A DNA stretch of 64,000 nt, taken from Phallusia mammillata. Its lineage: Eukaryota. The DNA lies in the NCBI GenBank assembly GCA_965637545.1, contig OZ281496.1:12834001-12898000 (forward strand), given 5' to 3'. The position numbers were made by a program, and so were the translations under genes. Below are positions 62,280 to 64,000 of this stretch, one piece after another; the stretch's first letter is position 1; each line of letters begins with the position of its first letter. The notes beneath the pieces are model-generated. The model worked only from the letters and a program-made list of their open reading frames with translations, searched no databases and was not told the DNA's origin.

Positions 62280-63383
62280 CAATAAAACGGTGGACGACTT
62301 CAGACTTGTCAGTTTTCAGTCTGCCAGTGTCAATTTCTTGCGTTTTTTTTTTATTACAGAATTAGAGATCGTTGTTTTCCCAAAGTGTAATTTGCAGTAA
62401 TAACATTTAATCGGTTATTTATTTTTACCATTAGGTCGTTTTGAGAAGTAATAACCCTTATTTGTATTTCCTGCAAGTTTCATTGAAATCCGTTGGGATT
62501 TGACCCCAAAATTTGGGCGTCAAACGTAAACTGCGACATTTTTACGTAATTTTATAAAATAAGTTGCATTTTTTGGCGCATATCATCAGATTTTCAGAAC
62601 CATAAGGCTTTTCGGACGTTTATTGAAGCATACAAGTAATACTTAGAAACAGAAATCTGTCACATCAACCAAAACTAGAGTAATTCTGTAAACCTTTTTT
62701 CAGTTTAACAACTTACTCTGTGTTGATTGCGAACTAACATTTTCACCCACCACTATTTTACAAAATCACAACAAAAACTGGCATCAGTTTTTTAACCTAG
62801 GTCTAAACTTACAAGAATTATTTTTGGAAAGCGACAAAAAACGCGTCTATCCCACCTAGCTAACCTTGCGACCATCAGTATAGAATAGATGTATCGCTAC
62901 CAAAGAAGAAGCTCGAAGACCCTTGCGAGTGGGAGTATAGTAACAAAGAAGAAGATCGAAGCTTATTAGAGGACCTAGTAATGCCAGCACAGTGGCAAAG
63001 CGATGCGCGAAGATGTATACATAGGGGTTGTAACGCTCAATGCCTGTGTGAAATAGATAATATCACAGAGACTGATGATTCAACCAACGCCCCGACGATC
63101 TCCTAATGAAAATCATAAACGAGACCGGCATAAATTTGGACGAAGTGGCACAGCAACACTAAAATATATACTCTGCGGTGTTGGTGCCACAACTTGTAAA
63201 TATGTTATCGTTGGATTTTGAGTTATTGTTTATTTTACACTACTAACAAATAAAAAAGAAAAACATTCAAAAGAGAATATGGTAGAAACAATAAAAATAA
63301 ATTTAAGGTACAATAACAAATAAATGCAGTCACGAGTAGAGCATGGACACGAGCTTCCAGGCTGGTCATGTAATGACCTAGCC

Positions 63384-64000
63384 CAGACATGGGCAAACTA
63401 CGGCCCGCGATGTCTTAAATCTGGCCCGCGAGATGTTTGTGTAAACTAGTGCATCATAAACTAATCAATTAATTTCTTTTAACGTTTATAATGCTACAAT
63501 AAGACAAACTTCAACCCACACGCATTAATACGTATTGTTAGAGCTTCTTTTATTGTTTCGTCACAGCACATGCATTGTGAATGATTTGTTTGTTCCAACA
63601 CCTAACAGGACCTCTGTTCTAGTCTAGCAAGGTTGCTTAACTTTAAAAGAATTCAGCTAGAGCACAACCTGCAGTCGTAGGGCCGCGGACGCTCTTTTAC
63701 GAGGCCGCGCAAATGTTTGTTAAAATGTAGTTAAAGGCGGCAGTACACGCGCACCGTGGATTTTTAGCTCTGTTTGAAGCAAATATGGAATTAGTGCAAA
63801 AAAGTATTGTAATCACATTGTAATTTTGTAACTCGTAGTTGCAGAACTGAGCTAAATCATATTAGAAAAACGAAAAATGAGTGTATCAAAAATACGAAAA
63901 GTCGATACAGAGAGCAGGGCATTCAAATCAGAATGGACGGCGAAATATTTTTTTACAGATGTTGGATCAACTGCTGTTTGTCTGATATGCCAAAAAAACG
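63384..64000 (+). mobile_element. 5' end of a hAT Charlie/SPIN-like element
   Basis: TIR cagacatgggcaaactacggcccgcg; transposase start at 63877, MSVSKIRKVDTESRAFKSEWTAKYFF..AVCLIC (GTF2IRD2/EPM2AIP1-like). Confidence 0.85.

Larger units (their letters stand above)
54950..62400 (+). mobile_element. Penelope-like retroelement (RT plus GIY-YIG), interrupted by a hAT
   Basis: LSYGLNFAPTP, ICKSDKGG, TADVKSLY, FRRFIDD, IPFLDV, SHHPPSVFKSIVHGE, GIYAATC..YVGQT..RWTG|HRSMW..E.KW; 3' hammerhead. Boundaries are approximate. Confidence 0.92.

Noticed and set aside
61975-62400. Hydrophobic 141-aa ORF as a membrane protein
   Set aside because: T-rich Penelope 3' UTR overlapping the hammerhead, with a non-ATG start.

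Overview
AT-rich eukaryotic (animal) genomic DNA with many short GT-AG introns. An intelectin gene and compact introns suggest an invertebrate chordate such as an ascidian, which is inference only. The window is mostly nested transposable elements. Positions 1-12352 form a nest: an EnSpm/CACTA element is interrupted by a Harbinger, which is itself apparently interrupted by an IS3EU-like element carrying an intact DDE integrase and a convergent HECT E3-ligase gene with no visible disablements. Positions 14278-27087 are a large inverted duplication (arms of about 4.0 and 4.8 kb) carrying two intelectin pseudogenes and breaking inside an OvoA-type methyltransferase pseudogene. Downstream are Gypsy, Polinton-like, hAT, P-like and L2/CR1 remnants, two more Harbingers, many MITEs with verifiable TSDs, orphan TOP3A and TRPA-like exons, and two decayed copies of a zinc-finger plus tyrosine-recombinase-like gene. 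A Penelope-like retroelement family with a non-canonical RT motif and minimal hammerhead ribozymes is also present. No rRNA, tRNA or CRISPR array is supported. All family assignments come from motif recognition by eye; no database search was run.
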